From IMG/VR virus record IMGVR_UViG_3300037089_000506: DNA of 64,000 nt. The stretch is one strand, 5' to 3'. The notes below the pieces were generated by a model. That model was not told where the DNA came from. It worked only from the letters and a program-made list of their open reading frames with translations, and searched no databases. Within the stretch, counting starts at the first letter, position 1, and each line of letters begins with the position of its first letter. The DNA comes from a virus. This document shows, in pieces, positions 44,511 to 54,640 of the stretch. The translations under genes and the position numbers were made by a program.

Positions 44511-46576
44511 AATATATCTCCTTCATTAACCTCTTCAGCATTTACTTTCATTACCTTCCCTCCCCGTTGAATCTTTACCTGCTCATGTGGAAAATATACT
44601 TTTCCATCTAAATGAATTTCTTCTAGAGAGAATTTTACATCCTTACAAAAGATAGAGAAACCCGTTTTACTATGAATATCAACATCAGGATTTTCTTTGA
44701 AAGCTTTCATTAATACAGGGTCTTTAGAATCAATAGCTGCTAAACGAATTTGCATTGACTTATAATCCAAAGTTGTAAGATAATATTTCTTTATATCAGG
44801 GGTAGTTAACACCTGCTTAAACAGTTCTGCTTTTATTGAGGAAGAAGGAATTTGTTGTGGATTAGGATCATGAGCACCATTTCTGTATGTAGACATTAGC
44901 ATTACTGAATAGGTAGGATGAATACGATTAGTACCATCTTCATGAGGGGTTAAATGTGGCCTCCAGCCTTTCTTCTCATTGTTAGGAAGCCCCATAAATG
45001 TCTTTTGGAGTGTAAGTAGGCTCCTCATGTTCTGAATCACTGTAGCCTCATTATAACCCCTCTGAGCCCATCTTTCCAATTCCTCATCACCCGTCTTATA
45101 CCATCCATTTTTTGTTCTGCCAAGACAAGGCCATTTCAAACCTTCAAGTATCTCTCCAAGTTGTTTTCCTGAGTCAAGTTCGTCTTTCTCTATATCTCCA
45201 TTACCTCCAAATAAGTCGTTAAATTCAGAAGTATAGGCTGATGCTGGAATCATTAATGCCTTACGTAAAGGTTCCTTCAACTCAAGAATTTCCTGTTGGA
45301 GCAACAAAGAATTTATATTCCATTTATTGATATCAACACAAAAACCATTATACTCAATCTGAGTAAAGAGGTTCTGATAGGGTATGATTACTTGTTCATA
45401 AAAGTCTCGTACCCTCCACCACCCAGGCTTAGGGGGAGGAAATTGGATATCTTGTTGTGTTAATTGCTCCTGCATAGTTTCTTCTATTCTATAAGCGTAG
45501 ATGGCATCTTTAGCAGCATATGAAGGTAGTATAGGTATATCAAGATAAGTTTTGGGCCTAAAGTTCTGGATATATAAGTCTAAATTATGATCATAGCCAC
45601 CAGCATCGGTATAATAATACGCTAAAGATTTTTGTCCATTGAATCGCATTTCATTTAAAAGATGTCCGAGCTGAAGATTATCTGAATGTGTATAAGCATT
45701 AGTAATTCCATTATGTATCAAAAATTTATCATCAAATTTACTATTAGTTCCTATTTGATATTTATCTTTTAACATCAAGTTTAACTCTTCTTTATTCACT
45801 AGCTCCCAGGGGATATAAAAACCTGTAATACCATCAAAAGATAGAGTAATACAACCAATTCTATCACGATAAAAATTTAATCCACTTGTCTCTAAATCCT
45901 TTGAGACTTTAGCATATCCTTTTGATATAGCATAAACATCTTCCCATCCATTATGATTATAAACTTCAACTATTTGTGTTCGTTGAATTGGGGGCTGCTT
46001 TGATAAAAAATCATAATGTTCTTTTATATATCTAAATTGATAATTCATAAACTCTTTGCGGCTACAGTCTGTAGGTAAATAGCAATAATCCATCCACTGC
46101 ATTAAAGTAGTAGCAAAAGAATCTATAGGAAATATGTATGTACATGTTTGTGGGGCAAAGAAATATGTTTTATTAAAAATATAATCATAAAAACATTCTA
46201 TAGATAAATTATCATCTTCAGTTATTGCTTGTAAAGCATAGCCAGAAGTGATAATAACAGTATTGTCTCTGATATATTGCTTGAAATCAGAATGATTCTC
46301 CTGATAGAACTTATAGACTCCGTGCTTCTGTATTTGTAGGAGGGGGACATTAATTTTAGTGGCTACAACAACATCATAATCAAACCCAGGAAGTTTTTGT
46401 TTGAATATCTCCTCAATAAAATGTTTGAAAGCATCTCTATTCCCTGGTATATTTTCTAGTAAAAGTAATATATGAGCATTACCATAGGTATGTAATGATG
46501 CTATGACTATATTTTGTATAATTTTATCTTGATTTTTAGGCTTTATTGCTATATCTACTCCGAACTCAAAACTCAT
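44504..46576 (-). CDS. Family A DNA polymerase, N-terminal part only (degenerate UDG-like N-term, 3'-5' exonuclease, motif A; motifs B and C absent)
   Basis: ExoI KDLETSGL, ExoII NSKFD, ExoIII YAAKDA, PNPQQIP, motif A DYKSMQIRLAA, DIHSKTG; ends GDILC*. Confidence 0.85.
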   Translation of the reverse strand: MSFEFGVDIAIKPKNQDKIIQNIVIASLHTYGNAHILLLLENIPGNRDAFKHFIEEIFKQKLPGFDYDVVVATKINVPLLQIQKHGVYKFYQENHSDFKQYIRDNTVIITSGYALQAITEDDNLSIECFYDYIFNKTYFFAPQTCTYIFPIDSFATTLMQWMDYCYLPTDCSRKEFMNYQFRYIKEHYDFLSKQPPIQRTQIVEVYNHNGWEDVYAISKGYAKVSKDLETSGLNFYRDRIGCITLSFDGITGFYIPWELVNKEELNLMLKDKYQIGTNSKFDDKFLIHNGITNAYTHSDNLQLGHLLNEMRFNGQKSLAYYYTDAGGYDHNLDLYIQNFRPKTYLDIPILPSYAAKDAIYAYRIEETMQEQLTQQDIQFPPPKPGWWRVRDFYEQVIIPYQNLFTQIEYNGFCVDINKWNINSLLLQQEILELKEPLRKALMIPASAYTSEFNDLFGGNGDIEKDELDSGKQLGEILEGLKWPCLGRTKNGWYKTGDEELERWAQRGYNEATVIQNMRSLLTLQKTFMGLPNNEKKGWRPHLTPHEDGTNRIHPTYSVMLMSTYRNGAHDPNPQQIPSSSIKAELFKQVLTTPDIKKYYLTTLDYKSMQIRLAAIDSKDPVLMKAFKENPDVDIHSKTGFSIFCKDVKFSLEEIHLDGKVYFPHEQVKIQRGGKVMKVNAEEVNEGDILC

Positions 46577-46582
46577 ACAAAA

Positions 46583-46611
46583 AGAATACTACAGAAAGAC
46601 TCAAATGTCAA
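46583..46611 (-). promoter_or_regulatory. Sigma70 promoter TTGACA-17-TATTCT, 6 nt before the polymerase ATG (leaderless)
   Basis: -35 at 46606-46611, -10 at 46583-46588, then TTTTGT ATG; no SD. Confidence 0.75.
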
Positions 46612-46731
46612 TAGAGATAAGTAATATATATAAATCTCTATATAGGATTCTTGATACATTAAATATATGAATCTTCATATACTAGGGTAACATTATTAAT
46701 ATAATACTATAAATATAATAAGATTAATATT

Positions 46732-46752
46732 AGAAGGAACTTCGTTCCTTCT
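46732..46752. terminator. Hairpin AGAAGGAAC-TTC-GTTCCTTCT, possible terminator
   Basis: 9-bp perfect stem just after the stop of 46755..49553; weak U tract. Confidence 0.4.
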
Positions 46753-46754
46753 CT

Positions 46755-49553
46755 TTATAAATTAAAGTCTGTATCGTCGGAGAGAGAAAATAAAAGTACT
46801 AAGTTTAATACTGTAGTTATAGTCTCTTTAGGATATTGTTCCATATTCAAGAATTCCTTAACTATCATATCATACATTTTTTCAACTTTATTCCTATAAT
46901 TACTTGACTTCCACTCAGAACTAAATTCATTAGCCCATTCCTTTAAAGAGTCATCAGCAGCCTGAGATTCAGATTCCTGTGCTGCCTCTTCCCTTTGTTC
47001 TTCAGACCAAGCTTCAATATCATTCTTATCTATACCCATACCTGTACCTTTACAGAATCTACATTTATTTCCTATTTTTTGGGCTAATACTTCCATTGCA
47101 GTATCATCCATAGGAATATAAGTACCATCTTCACGTTTCTTTCCATATACAGATATAAATTCATTAACGAGATTAGGGTAATCACTTTGTAATTTACCTA
47201 ATGCAGTAGCATATTGATTTTCATCCAGTTCTGTTGTCCAATCATTATCATTATCTTTAGCATAGATGGCATAACCAGTACCATCACAATAAGAGCATGG
47301 GTCAGCTTCAGATAATAATGCTGGTTCTGTATCCTTCAAGAATTCCCATGGGTTATCATAACCATATTTATATGAATAAGCATCATTACCTGCTGCATCT
47401 TCCCAATAAGTATCATTGAATGCCATATAATAAAATTTATCATCAAGGATATCAGTAAGGTTTTCTATATCAGAATCTATCATAGCAGATGTAAAACTTT
47501 TTAATGCTAATTTTGATTTTAACACTTCAAATTTTTCTGGATTTGTACATATTTCTACTACTATTTTCTTTTTATCAGGAGCGAATACAAATGCTTTAGT
47601 ATGCTCATAAATAGCATTAGATATAGGCTTAGGTAGAGCATTAGCAAACTTAGTATGATTACCAACATCCTCATCTTCCTCATCCATCCATTGATTTGAT
47701 TCTAGATGTATTTGCCACTTATCAGGAGTAGAATATTTCTGGGTACCACCAACTTCAGTTGGATGCTTTTTTATTATGATAATCAGTGGACCCTTATTAT
47801 TATAATAATTGAACTTATTCATTCCAGGATCAGTATATGTTGTACACCATTTTGTATTAGCTCCATATTTACATGCTGCTTTCATTGTCAATGGGCGTAC
47901 TACTAGCCATTGTGAGTCTTCATACCACTTCTCAGCTTCGGTAGGGTCTATAGGCTCTTTAGCCTCAATTTCTTCTAATTGGTATCTATGCACATCTATT
48001 AATTGGGATAAGTCTCTGAAGGATTTAATATTCATTATATTGTATAATGGAGTTGTATCTTTTAGTGTACCTTCAGGAGTTGCAGATAGTAATTTCTTGT
48101 TTTTTAACTTGGTGTATTTCTTTAAGTCCTCAGTAACTTTAGGGTAATCTTCCTGTAAAAATCTTACTAATCTTTTATCATAAAAATAGCCTAATTGTTC
48201 AGCACCACCATAACTAAGAGGATGATAGGTTATAATATGGTCTCTAGCCCTTCCTTCATAGGTTTCATGCCCTTCTTTTTTAAGTACTTCTAATGCATCC
48301 AAAAGTTGAGGAATTCTAAAGTCCTTCATAAAACATCTTATTATCCATACAGCATATTTTCTATCAAGGGTAGGATCAATATCACATAAGAATTCAAATA
48401 AATGAGGGGATAGAATCTCATTATATTTACCATAATTGATAGCTTCAGTGAAATCTATACTCTTTCTTTTTTTAGTTTGTACATAACGAAGTATTCTTTG
48501 TTTTTCCTTTGTAAAGCTTACCATATCTATATATTCATCAAGCCATGACCAATTTTTATTACATAATTCAATATAAGCATTAATCTTTTCAGGGAATCTA
48601 TCAATATCATCTTGTATATCCATAAAACCATAATTACTTATATCTATCATCTTTCCCATTTCAGGGCGTTTTTCAGAAGAACCATAAAAATATCTACTAT
48701 TAGTATTATATGGTAATCCTAACTCTCGTGCTACCCTTCCATGAGAAGTAATATCACCTCTAAATGCTATTAATTCTTTTGTTTCAGAATCTGCTATGAA
48801 TTTCAATCCAGTTTCTTGAGAGGATTTCCATAGTAATATAATTTCTTCAGGGGTAGGATTTTTCATTATATTTACTCTAGTACTATTACCATTTCTATCT
48901 ATATATATTGTTTTTAGACAATATTCTTTTAGTGTATTTTCATTTATATTCCTACTTCTTTTTGAATACTTACCAGTATTAGAATAAGCTGATTTTATTT
49001 GAAAGGGACTAAATACGCAATAAGAAATTCCTTCCCCTTCCCATTCATTTTCGTAGATAAGCCCATCATAACCATAGTGCTGTATTAAAGTAACAATGCT
49101 TTTTAAGCATTTCTGTATTGCTTTAGATGAATCTTGAACAGCAGTATTCCTAGCATATACTTCTTCCATATACTTTTCTATTTTAGCGGATAAATCAAAT
49201 AAAGCATAGGATAATTCTTCATTTTGTTCCTTACATGAATCACCTATAATAGTAGCTACTGTCTCAGGCTCATTATCGCTTTGAGTGTCTTCAATATAGA
49301 GAGGATTTACTATTCTTAAATAGCATACATACATAGAGGGGTTTGTTGTTCCCTTTTCTCTTGATATAGAATCTAATCTCTTATTAGATTGCTCTGGTTT
49401 AGAACCAAAATGAATGCCAATACCACTAAACTTGAAGGCAGTAAAGCCTCCTGCCTTAGTAACATGGTAGCAACGAAGGGGTAAACCAGCATCATCAACT
49501 ACTTTAGAGTCACCAAACCAAGATATAAAGTTAGGGTTTTGTAGAATGTCCAT
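46755..49553 (-). CDS. Polyvalent protein: N-terminal ADP-ribosyltransferase-like (ART-PolyVal-type) domain, PcfJ-like domain, DnaJ-type zinc finger
   Basis: NPNFISWFGDSKVVD..CYHVT..GIHFGS..YLRIVNPL..GYDGLIY..VFSPFQIKSA..NTGKYS; YGANTKWCTT..FNYY; CSYCDGTG/CRFCKGTG. Confidence 0.7.
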   Translation of the reverse strand: MDILQNPNFISWFGDSKVVDDAGLPLRCYHVTKAGGFTAFKFSGIGIHFGSKPEQSNKRLDSISREKGTTNPSMYVCYLRIVNPLYIEDTQSDNEPETVATIIGDSCKEQNEELSYALFDLSAKIEKYMEEVYARNTAVQDSSKAIQKCLKSIVTLIQHYGYDGLIYENEWEGEGISYCVFSPFQIKSAYSNTGKYSKRSRNINENTLKEYCLKTIYIDRNGNSTRVNIMKNPTPEEIILLWKSSQETGLKFIADSETKELIAFRGDITSHGRVARELGLPYNTNSRYFYGSSEKRPEMGKMIDISNYGFMDIQDDIDRFPEKINAYIELCNKNWSWLDEYIDMVSFTKEKQRILRYVQTKKRKSIDFTEAINYGKYNEILSPHLFEFLCDIDPTLDRKYAVWIIRCFMKDFRIPQLLDALEVLKKEGHETYEGRARDHIITYHPLSYGGAEQLGYFYDKRLVRFLQEDYPKVTEDLKKYTKLKNKKLLSATPEGTLKDTTPLYNIMNIKSFRDLSQLIDVHRYQLEEIEAKEPIDPTEAEKWYEDSQWLVVRPLTMKAACKYGANTKWCTTYTDPGMNKFNYYNNKGPLIIIIKKHPTEVGGTQKYSTPDKWQIHLESNQWMDEEDEDVGNHTKFANALPKPISNAIYEHTKAFVFAPDKKKIVVEICTNPEKFEVLKSKLALKSFTSAMIDSDIENLTDILDDKFYYMAFNDTYWEDAAGNDAYSYKYGYDNPWEFLKDTEPALLSEADPCSYCDGTGYAIYAKDNDNDWTTELDENQYATALGKLQSDYPNLVNEFISVYGKKREDGTYIPMDDTAMEVLAQKIGNKCRFCKGTGMGIDKNDIEAWSEEQREEAAQESESQAADDSLKEWANEFSSEWKSSNYRNKVEKMYDMIVKEFLNMEQYPKETITTVLNLVLLFSLSDDTDFNL

Positions 49554-49558
49554 TTACA

Positions 49559-49564
49559 ATTAGT
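49559..49564 (-). promoter_or_regulatory. Late promoter motif ACTAAT (leaderless)
   Basis: ACTAAT TGTAA ATG. Confidence 0.7.
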
Positions 49565-50417
49565 CTGAATAATAAGCCCAATGAAAGCCACCTGCGGTTT
49601 TCATTTGTCCTGAACAGACTCTGGATACTCTGTTTATTCCTGTTTTATTAAATACATCTGTCATTGAATCATATATAATTCCTGTCTCTATACACATTAT
49701 TTTTTTAGCATTTAGAGAGGGCTTACCTGTTTTGATTCCTTTGTTCCAAGGTATTCTTCCTATCCCAACCTGTCTAAGTTTTTCAAGTTCCTCTGGTGTT
49801 CTTTTTCTATTTTTTTGTGCTATACTTATAGCTTGTTTCTGCTCTTTGGTAATATGCCCACCATAATTCCAGTGTTTGTCCCCTTTGATTGCTCTTAGTT
49901 TTTCTAAAGTTTCTTCTGAAGCTTTATACCCTTTTCTTGAGGCTATAAGTTTTTGCTTATTCTCCTCAGACATTACTCTACCTTCACAGTTCTTATTACC
50001 CTTTAATGATTCAGAATATTTTGCTACACGTTCATCAGTTTTGTCTAAGCCCTTATTCCAAGCTGGGGTACCCTTTTTAGATTCACTTATTTTCTTACGA
50101 GTTTCAATAGATTTAGGGCCACTTCCCCCATCACCACCAGTAGTAAGATTATATCCAAATTCAGAATTATTACTTTTATATTCAGCAATATATTTTTTTT
50201 CTAATTCAGCAAGCTGTTCTTTATTACTACACTCTTCAATAACAGTCCAAGTAAAATTTTCAGCACCATATTTTCTCATAGCTGAGTGAAAATAAGTTCC
50301 TTTTCCTATTCTTGCTTTATAAAGATGATCCTTTTTTCTAATTTCCATAGATTTAGATGCTTTTCCAATATAAATTTTATTATTTATATTATTCTCTACC
50401 TTATATATTTCTCCCAT
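49560..50417 (-). CDS. Free-standing GIY-YIG homing endonuclease with NUMOD3 and NUMOD1-type domains
   Basis: EIYKVENNINNKIYIG..R..H; GYNLTTGG; S.ETRKKISES, PWNKG repeats; KTAGGFHWAY. Confidence 0.88.
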   Translation of the reverse strand: MGEIYKVENNINNKIYIGKASKSMEIRKKDHLYKARIGKGTYFHSAMRKYGAENFTWTVIEECSNKEQLAELEKKYIAEYKSNNSEFGYNLTTGGDGGSGPKSIETRKKISESKKGTPAWNKGLDKTDERVAKYSESLKGNKNCEGRVMSEENKQKLIASRKGYKASEETLEKLRAIKGDKHWNYGGHITKEQKQAISIAQKNRKRTPEELEKLRQVGIGRIPWNKGIKTGKPSLNAKKIMCIETGIIYDSMTDVFNKTGINRVSRVCSGQMKTAGGFHWAYYSD

Positions 50418-50435
50418 ACCAATCTCCTATATATA

Positions 50436-50441
50436 GTTAGT
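50436..50441 (-). promoter_or_regulatory. Late promoter motif ACTAAC (leadered)
   Basis: ACTAAC TATAT ATAGGAGATTGGT ATG. Confidence 0.6.
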
Positions 50442-50459
50442 ATAAGAGAAAGTCGCCGC

Positions 50460-51737
50460 CTACGTAGCACGCACTATGGCGGCTTTGCTAGACATTTGCC
50501 ATAGCTCTAATGTTCTTTGCTCTAATATATCAGCTCTATTCATAAAATGCTCATAATTAATAGTTCCTGGTATATCTGATTTTGCTTGTGAACGTAGCAT
50601 AGCAAAAGCCCTCAAGCAGTATGCTTTAGCCAAGTCTCGAACTTCGTCAACTCTATTCATTGGTATATCTGACCAGAAATTACTCATTGAACCCCACGTT
50701 ATTTCTAATACACCTCTTCGAGTGGTGTATCCATTGACGAAGCCCTGTTGAATATAAATACGAATTCTTTGTCTTGTGCCATAATTAATTATACCCTGCC
50801 TCGCAGCCCTCTCTAAAATATAAGTACTAAAGCTCATCGTATCCACGAAGCCTTGGCGTCTAGATGAATTTATATTGGGTGTACTAAAAGCACCACGAGG
50901 AGATATAGACATTAGAACTTCATCAAAATATCTATATAGGGGGTTGTTAGGAACAGGCCCTACAGGGTAACCCGGATTTAACATTGCCTTAGTAGCAGTA
51001 AATGCCCAGTTAGGTATTGCTATTTTGAAGTTAGCATCGGGCAATGCATATGAAGCTACAGTTTCGATAGGGAACCATTTGTAGAATACTTTCATTGCAG
51101 GTAATAGCATGTAATTACAGATATCATCCCTACTGTATTCTAATTCAGCTATTTTTATGAAGGGTACACCTATATCTATTAAAATTGTATTGATATCATC
51201 ATCATCAATAATAACTTTACTATTGGTATTAGCCTCTTGAAATGGGACCCATGAAGAATTGTAAGGTAGAGTTATTGCTTGATATGCTAATTGAGTCAAT
51301 ACTAAAAAGAAATGGGGGTCTACAATAAAAGTAGAATTATCAATAATAGTGCCTGACGTTGAATCAGCTACCATCATATTAGTCCAAGTAAAAGTAGAAG
51401 CTAGTGTATAATCGGCATCACAAAAAAAGATACACCCGTTCAAAGGAGATGTAGCTTCTACACATCTAAAAACTGTATTTCTAGTATAAACTCTAGTTAA
51501 ATTATCTATTTCTAATTGTCCCATTGATAACCATGTATCCCTAACCTGAGCTGAAGTATAAGTAAAAAAAGTTGATAGTTTTATATTAGTAGTATAAGGC
51601 GAAGACGAGGGGGTTTCAGGGGAGTACCCTGGCTGTATTGTGGTTAGAATTGGATTATAGGAAACGCCAGTTCCAGGAGATAGTGTAGTTCCTGGTGCTT
51701 GGTTGGGATCGGGCTGGAAAGGAATAAAATCTGACAT
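50460..51737 (-). CDS. Neck/head-completion protein (gp13-like) with N-terminal extension
   Basis: INTILIDIGVPFI..ELEYSRDDI..AMKVFYKWFP; C-term GTINYEHF..A..LE. Confidence 0.55.
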   Translation of the reverse strand: MSDFIPFQPDPNQAPGTTLSPGTGVSYNPILTTIQPGYSPETPSSSPYTTNIKLSTFFTYTSAQVRDTWLSMGQLEIDNLTRVYTRNTVFRCVEATSPLNGCIFFCDADYTLASTFTWTNMMVADSTSGTIIDNSTFIVDPHFFLVLTQLAYQAITLPYNSSWVPFQEANTNSKVIIDDDDINTILIDIGVPFIKIAELEYSRDDICNYMLLPAMKVFYKWFPIETVASYALPDANFKIAIPNWAFTATKAMLNPGYPVGPVPNNPLYRYFDEVLMSISPRGAFSTPNINSSRRQGFVDTMSFSTYILERAARQGIINYGTRQRIRIYIQQGFVNGYTTRRGVLEITWGSMSNFWSDIPMNRVDEVRDLAKAYCLRAFAMLRSQAKSDIPGTINYEHFMNRADILEQRTLELWQMSSKAAIVRAT

Positions 51738-51739
51738 TA

Positions 51740-52780
51740 CTAACCTCTATATGTTGAATTAGTAGAAATAAACAGGTTTATTACATTGAAATTCTGTGGC
51801 TCTGATTTTAATACAATTTTATCTGTATAATTAGATAATGAAGAAATAGTAGCAATTTGAGGGCGAGTTGATTTTATTGTAATAGTAACAGCATTAGCAG
51901 GTTGTGTAGTGGTAGCGTCAGTATAATCAGAATTATCATAAATGTATAAATTGGTAGTAGGTGTATATATACCTGTAGTTATCTCAAAATTTATATCATC
52001 AGTATAGTTTGCAGTATCGGTAAATCCCCATAATGGTGTTACCTTGAAGATAGTAGAATCAGTATATGATTCTAAACCGGATATTGAATATGATAGTCCT
52101 GTGTATCCAGTGATTGATATTTTCTGTTTTTTCTGTGAAAATAATGTAGGATAGATAGGCAGAGGTATGAATGTTCCTCCTCCTAATGTATTCTTGGTTG
52201 AAGATATAGTAAGAGAAGCTATGAATTTCTCTATAGCCGGTATTGATACTGATTGCTTTTTCTGTGATGGTGAGACTGTACCTACAAATTTTTCTATTCC
52301 TGATAGTAATAATGATTCTTTCTTTTGAGTTAAACTTACTGTACTATAATCAGCAGAGAAAGCAAAACCTACTAATGCTTGTTTCTTTTGGGTTAGAGAT
52401 ATAGTATCTGAAAATATTTCTGAATCAGTGATAGTAATACTATGTTTATTTTGTGAAACAGCAATAGTGCCTATATATACATAAGGGGTATTAGTAGCAG
52501 TAATACTTATAGATTCTTTAGCCTGGACTAGCGTTCCTCCTTGAACAGCAGTTCCTCCAGTCATAGTAATGGCTATTGATTGCTTATTTTGGGATAGAGC
52601 TAGAGTCTCACTAAAAATCTCAGCATCAGTAATAACTACTGAATGTTTCTTTTGGGAAAATGCTAATGAGGAAGAAAATAATTCATTTGAAGTTATTGCC
52701 AATGATTCTTTTTTTTGCGAGACTGCTATTGAGCCTGAAGGGGTACCTTGATTGAAGAACTTAAATAGTAATAAAGACAT
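51740..52780 (-). CDS. Fibre-like protein with about ten ~21-aa SQKKxS repeats and four YTD repeats
   Basis: Repeats directly visible in the translation. Confidence 0.55.
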   Translation of the reverse strand: MSLLLFKFFNQGTPSGSIAVSQKKESLAITSNELFSSSLAFSQKKHSVVITDAEIFSETLALSQNKQSIAITMTGGTAVQGGTLVQAKESISITATNTPYVYIGTIAVSQNKHSITITDSEIFSDTISLTQKKQALVGFAFSADYSTVSLTQKKESLLLSGIEKFVGTVSPSQKKQSVSIPAIEKFIASLTISSTKNTLGGGTFIPLPIYPTLFSQKKQKISITGYTGLSYSISGLESYTDSTIFKVTPLWGFTDTANYTDDINFEITTGIYTPTTNLYIYDNSDYTDATTTQPANAVTITIKSTRPQIATISSLSNYTDKIVLKSEPQNFNVINLFISTNSTYRG

Positions 52781-52791
52781 TTAAGCTCCTC

Positions 52792-53274
52792 CTAGAAGTT
52801 TATTAATTCAAACGTGTCTCCCGCACTTGGGGCTCCGGTGAAAGCATTGGTTACAGTAATAAAATAGGTAGAACCGGAGTATCCATTTACCCATTGTACT
52901 TGTCCTGCTAATGTACCTGTTAGAAAGGAACATAATGTGTTAGACCAATAGTTACTTGTAGTTTCAGTTCGTGAAGTTTGAAATGTAGATGCAGTATTAC
53001 TTCCATTAGCTACTACTGTACATATAACTCTATCAGGAACTTCTTGATACACAGTGCCATATTTATAGGCTTCAATAGGGGAAATAGAGGTATCCCCTGA
53101 TATAATATAGGCATAAGGGATACCATAAACAGAAGAAGAAAAATTATAGGAAAATATTCCTGTAGATAATAAAGGAGTCATTACTGTTGATATTACTACC
53201 TGATAATTATCCGTAAGTCTCCAGATACTTATTGTAGGAGTATATTGGGGGTATGCAATACCCCCATTTGTCAT
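52792..53274 (-). CDS. Virion accessory protein with a TGxxAGQ module
   Basis: NYWSNTLCSFLTGTLAGQVQWV...APSAGDTFEL resembles the modules in 16065..19772. Confidence 0.5.
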   Translation of the reverse strand: MTNGGIAYPQYTPTISIWRLTDNYQVVISTVMTPLLSTGIFSYNFSSSVYGIPYAYIISGDTSISPIEAYKYGTVYQEVPDRVICTVVANGSNTASTFQTSRTETTSNYWSNTLCSFLTGTLAGQVQWVNGYSGSTYFITVTNAFTGAPSAGDTFELINF

Positions 53275-53305
53275 ATAAGCAGTTATATAGATAATTTTAG
53301 AATCC

Positions 53306-53965
53306 TTATACTGGTATTTCTTCCCAGGTAATTGAGTATCCTACTAATATTGAAGTACCAGCAGCATTCCATGTTGGTACCCAACACATTCCAGGAGTTA
53401 CAACAATTTCGCTATCTATATATTCTATTGCTTTCATTCCTGTTAAATTCGCAATAGTACCAGCAGTATTGAAAAAGATATCAGAAGCACGAATAATCTG
53501 CAATATACTATTACCTGCCAATGCTGTACCGGCAGTAGAAGTCATAACACGAGCCGCACATTGGGTAGCCATAGAGAGATTATTACATTGTATAGCATTT
53601 ACTACAATAGTAGCATTAGTTGGAGCTAAACACCATGAATGGTATAATTGTTCTCCAGCAGCTACTGAAGTACCTGAAATAATACCTACACCAAGTTTGA
53701 GTAAACCTATGTTTACTCCTGACCCCATAGGATTCCATAATGCAAATTGCGTTGAAGAAGCAGCGGCAGCACCATTTAAATTTCCAGCAGCAATATTACT
53801 AGAAGTTACTGGTAATGCTACAGAAAATATTTTCCCTCTTGATGCTTGTTCGTAATATCTACCTTGGGCATCTCCTGTTACCATGGCTCCTAGACGAGTT
53901 GAACGGATAACGGCTGGAGTTCCATCTGCTTGTTGGATTGGACCTACTCTTAATTCTGCTAACAT
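53306..53965 (-). CDS. Virion accessory protein, triplet paralog 1
   Basis: QGRYYE..RGKIFS, QFALWNP..SG.N, EYID.EIVV.PG..W..W, ITWEEIP shared by the three ORFs. Confidence 0.6.
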   Translation of the reverse strand: MLAELRVGPIQQADGTPAVIRSTRLGAMVTGDAQGRYYEQASRGKIFSVALPVTSSNIAAGNLNGAAAASSTQFALWNPMGSGVNIGLLKLGVGIISGTSVAAGEQLYHSWCLAPTNATIVVNAIQCNNLSMATQCAARVMTSTAGTALAGNSILQIIRASDIFFNTAGTIANLTGMKAIEYIDSEIVVTPGMCWVPTWNAAGTSILVGYSITWEEIPV

Positions 53966-53989
53966 TCTATTCTCCCTTATATTCCTATA

Positions 53990-54640
53990 TTAAATTGCAA
54001 TCTCTTCCCAGGTAATTGATCCACCCCAAGTAACAGCAGTAGCAGAGGGCCATAATGGCACCCACATTGTACCTGGAGCAATAACAATATCACCATCGAT
54101 ATATTCTACCATTTTTAATCCATTCAATACTGCTATTGACCCTGCTGTCATCCAAAAGTCTGCCATACGAATGTATGTAGTGGCACCACCACCAGTTAGA
54201 GCTGAACCACCTTGGTTAGTCATACCTTTGGCTACTGATGCAGCTCCACCTAAATTGTTATTTTGAATACCACCAGTATAAAATGAAGAGTTAATGGTTG
54301 GTACTATTGAAGCCATACCATGCATAATAGGTCCAGCAGGTGAGGTACCAGCAATAGTAAATACAGTGAATTTCAGTAAACTTAAATTCTTACCTGTATT
54401 CACTGGGTTCCACAGTGCGAATTGCGTTGAAGCAGCAGCTCCAGCTCCATAGATATTTCCAGCAGCAATAGAGCCTGAAGAGGCTGGAAACGCTAAACTA
54501 AAAATATTATTACGAACTGTTTGCTCATAATAACGACCTTGACCATCGGCTTTAGCCATACCACCAATACGAGTAATACGAGCAGGGTTTACTGAGCCGT
54601 CTGCCTGTTGATTTGGTCCTACTTTCGCTTCTGCTAACAT
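53990..54640 (-). CDS. Virion accessory protein, triplet paralog 2
   Basis: Same motifs; upstream GGAGAATAGA ATG identical to paralog 1. Confidence 0.6.
   Translation of the reverse strand: MLAEAKVGPNQQADGSVNPARITRIGGMAKADGQGRYYEQTVRNNIFSLAFPASSGSIAAGNIYGAGAAASTQFALWNPVNTGKNLSLLKFTVFTIAGTSPAGPIMHGMASIVPTINSSFYTGGIQNNNLGGAASVAKGMTNQGGSALTGGGATTYIRMADFWMTAGSIAVLNGLKMVEYIDGDIVIAPGTMWVPLWPSATAVTWGGSITWEEIAI

Noticed and set aside
44504-44650. A complete canonical intein in the polymerase
   Set aside because: No block A at a plausible distance and no C-terminal HN-[C/S/T]; only a block-B-like resemblance, reported as uncertain
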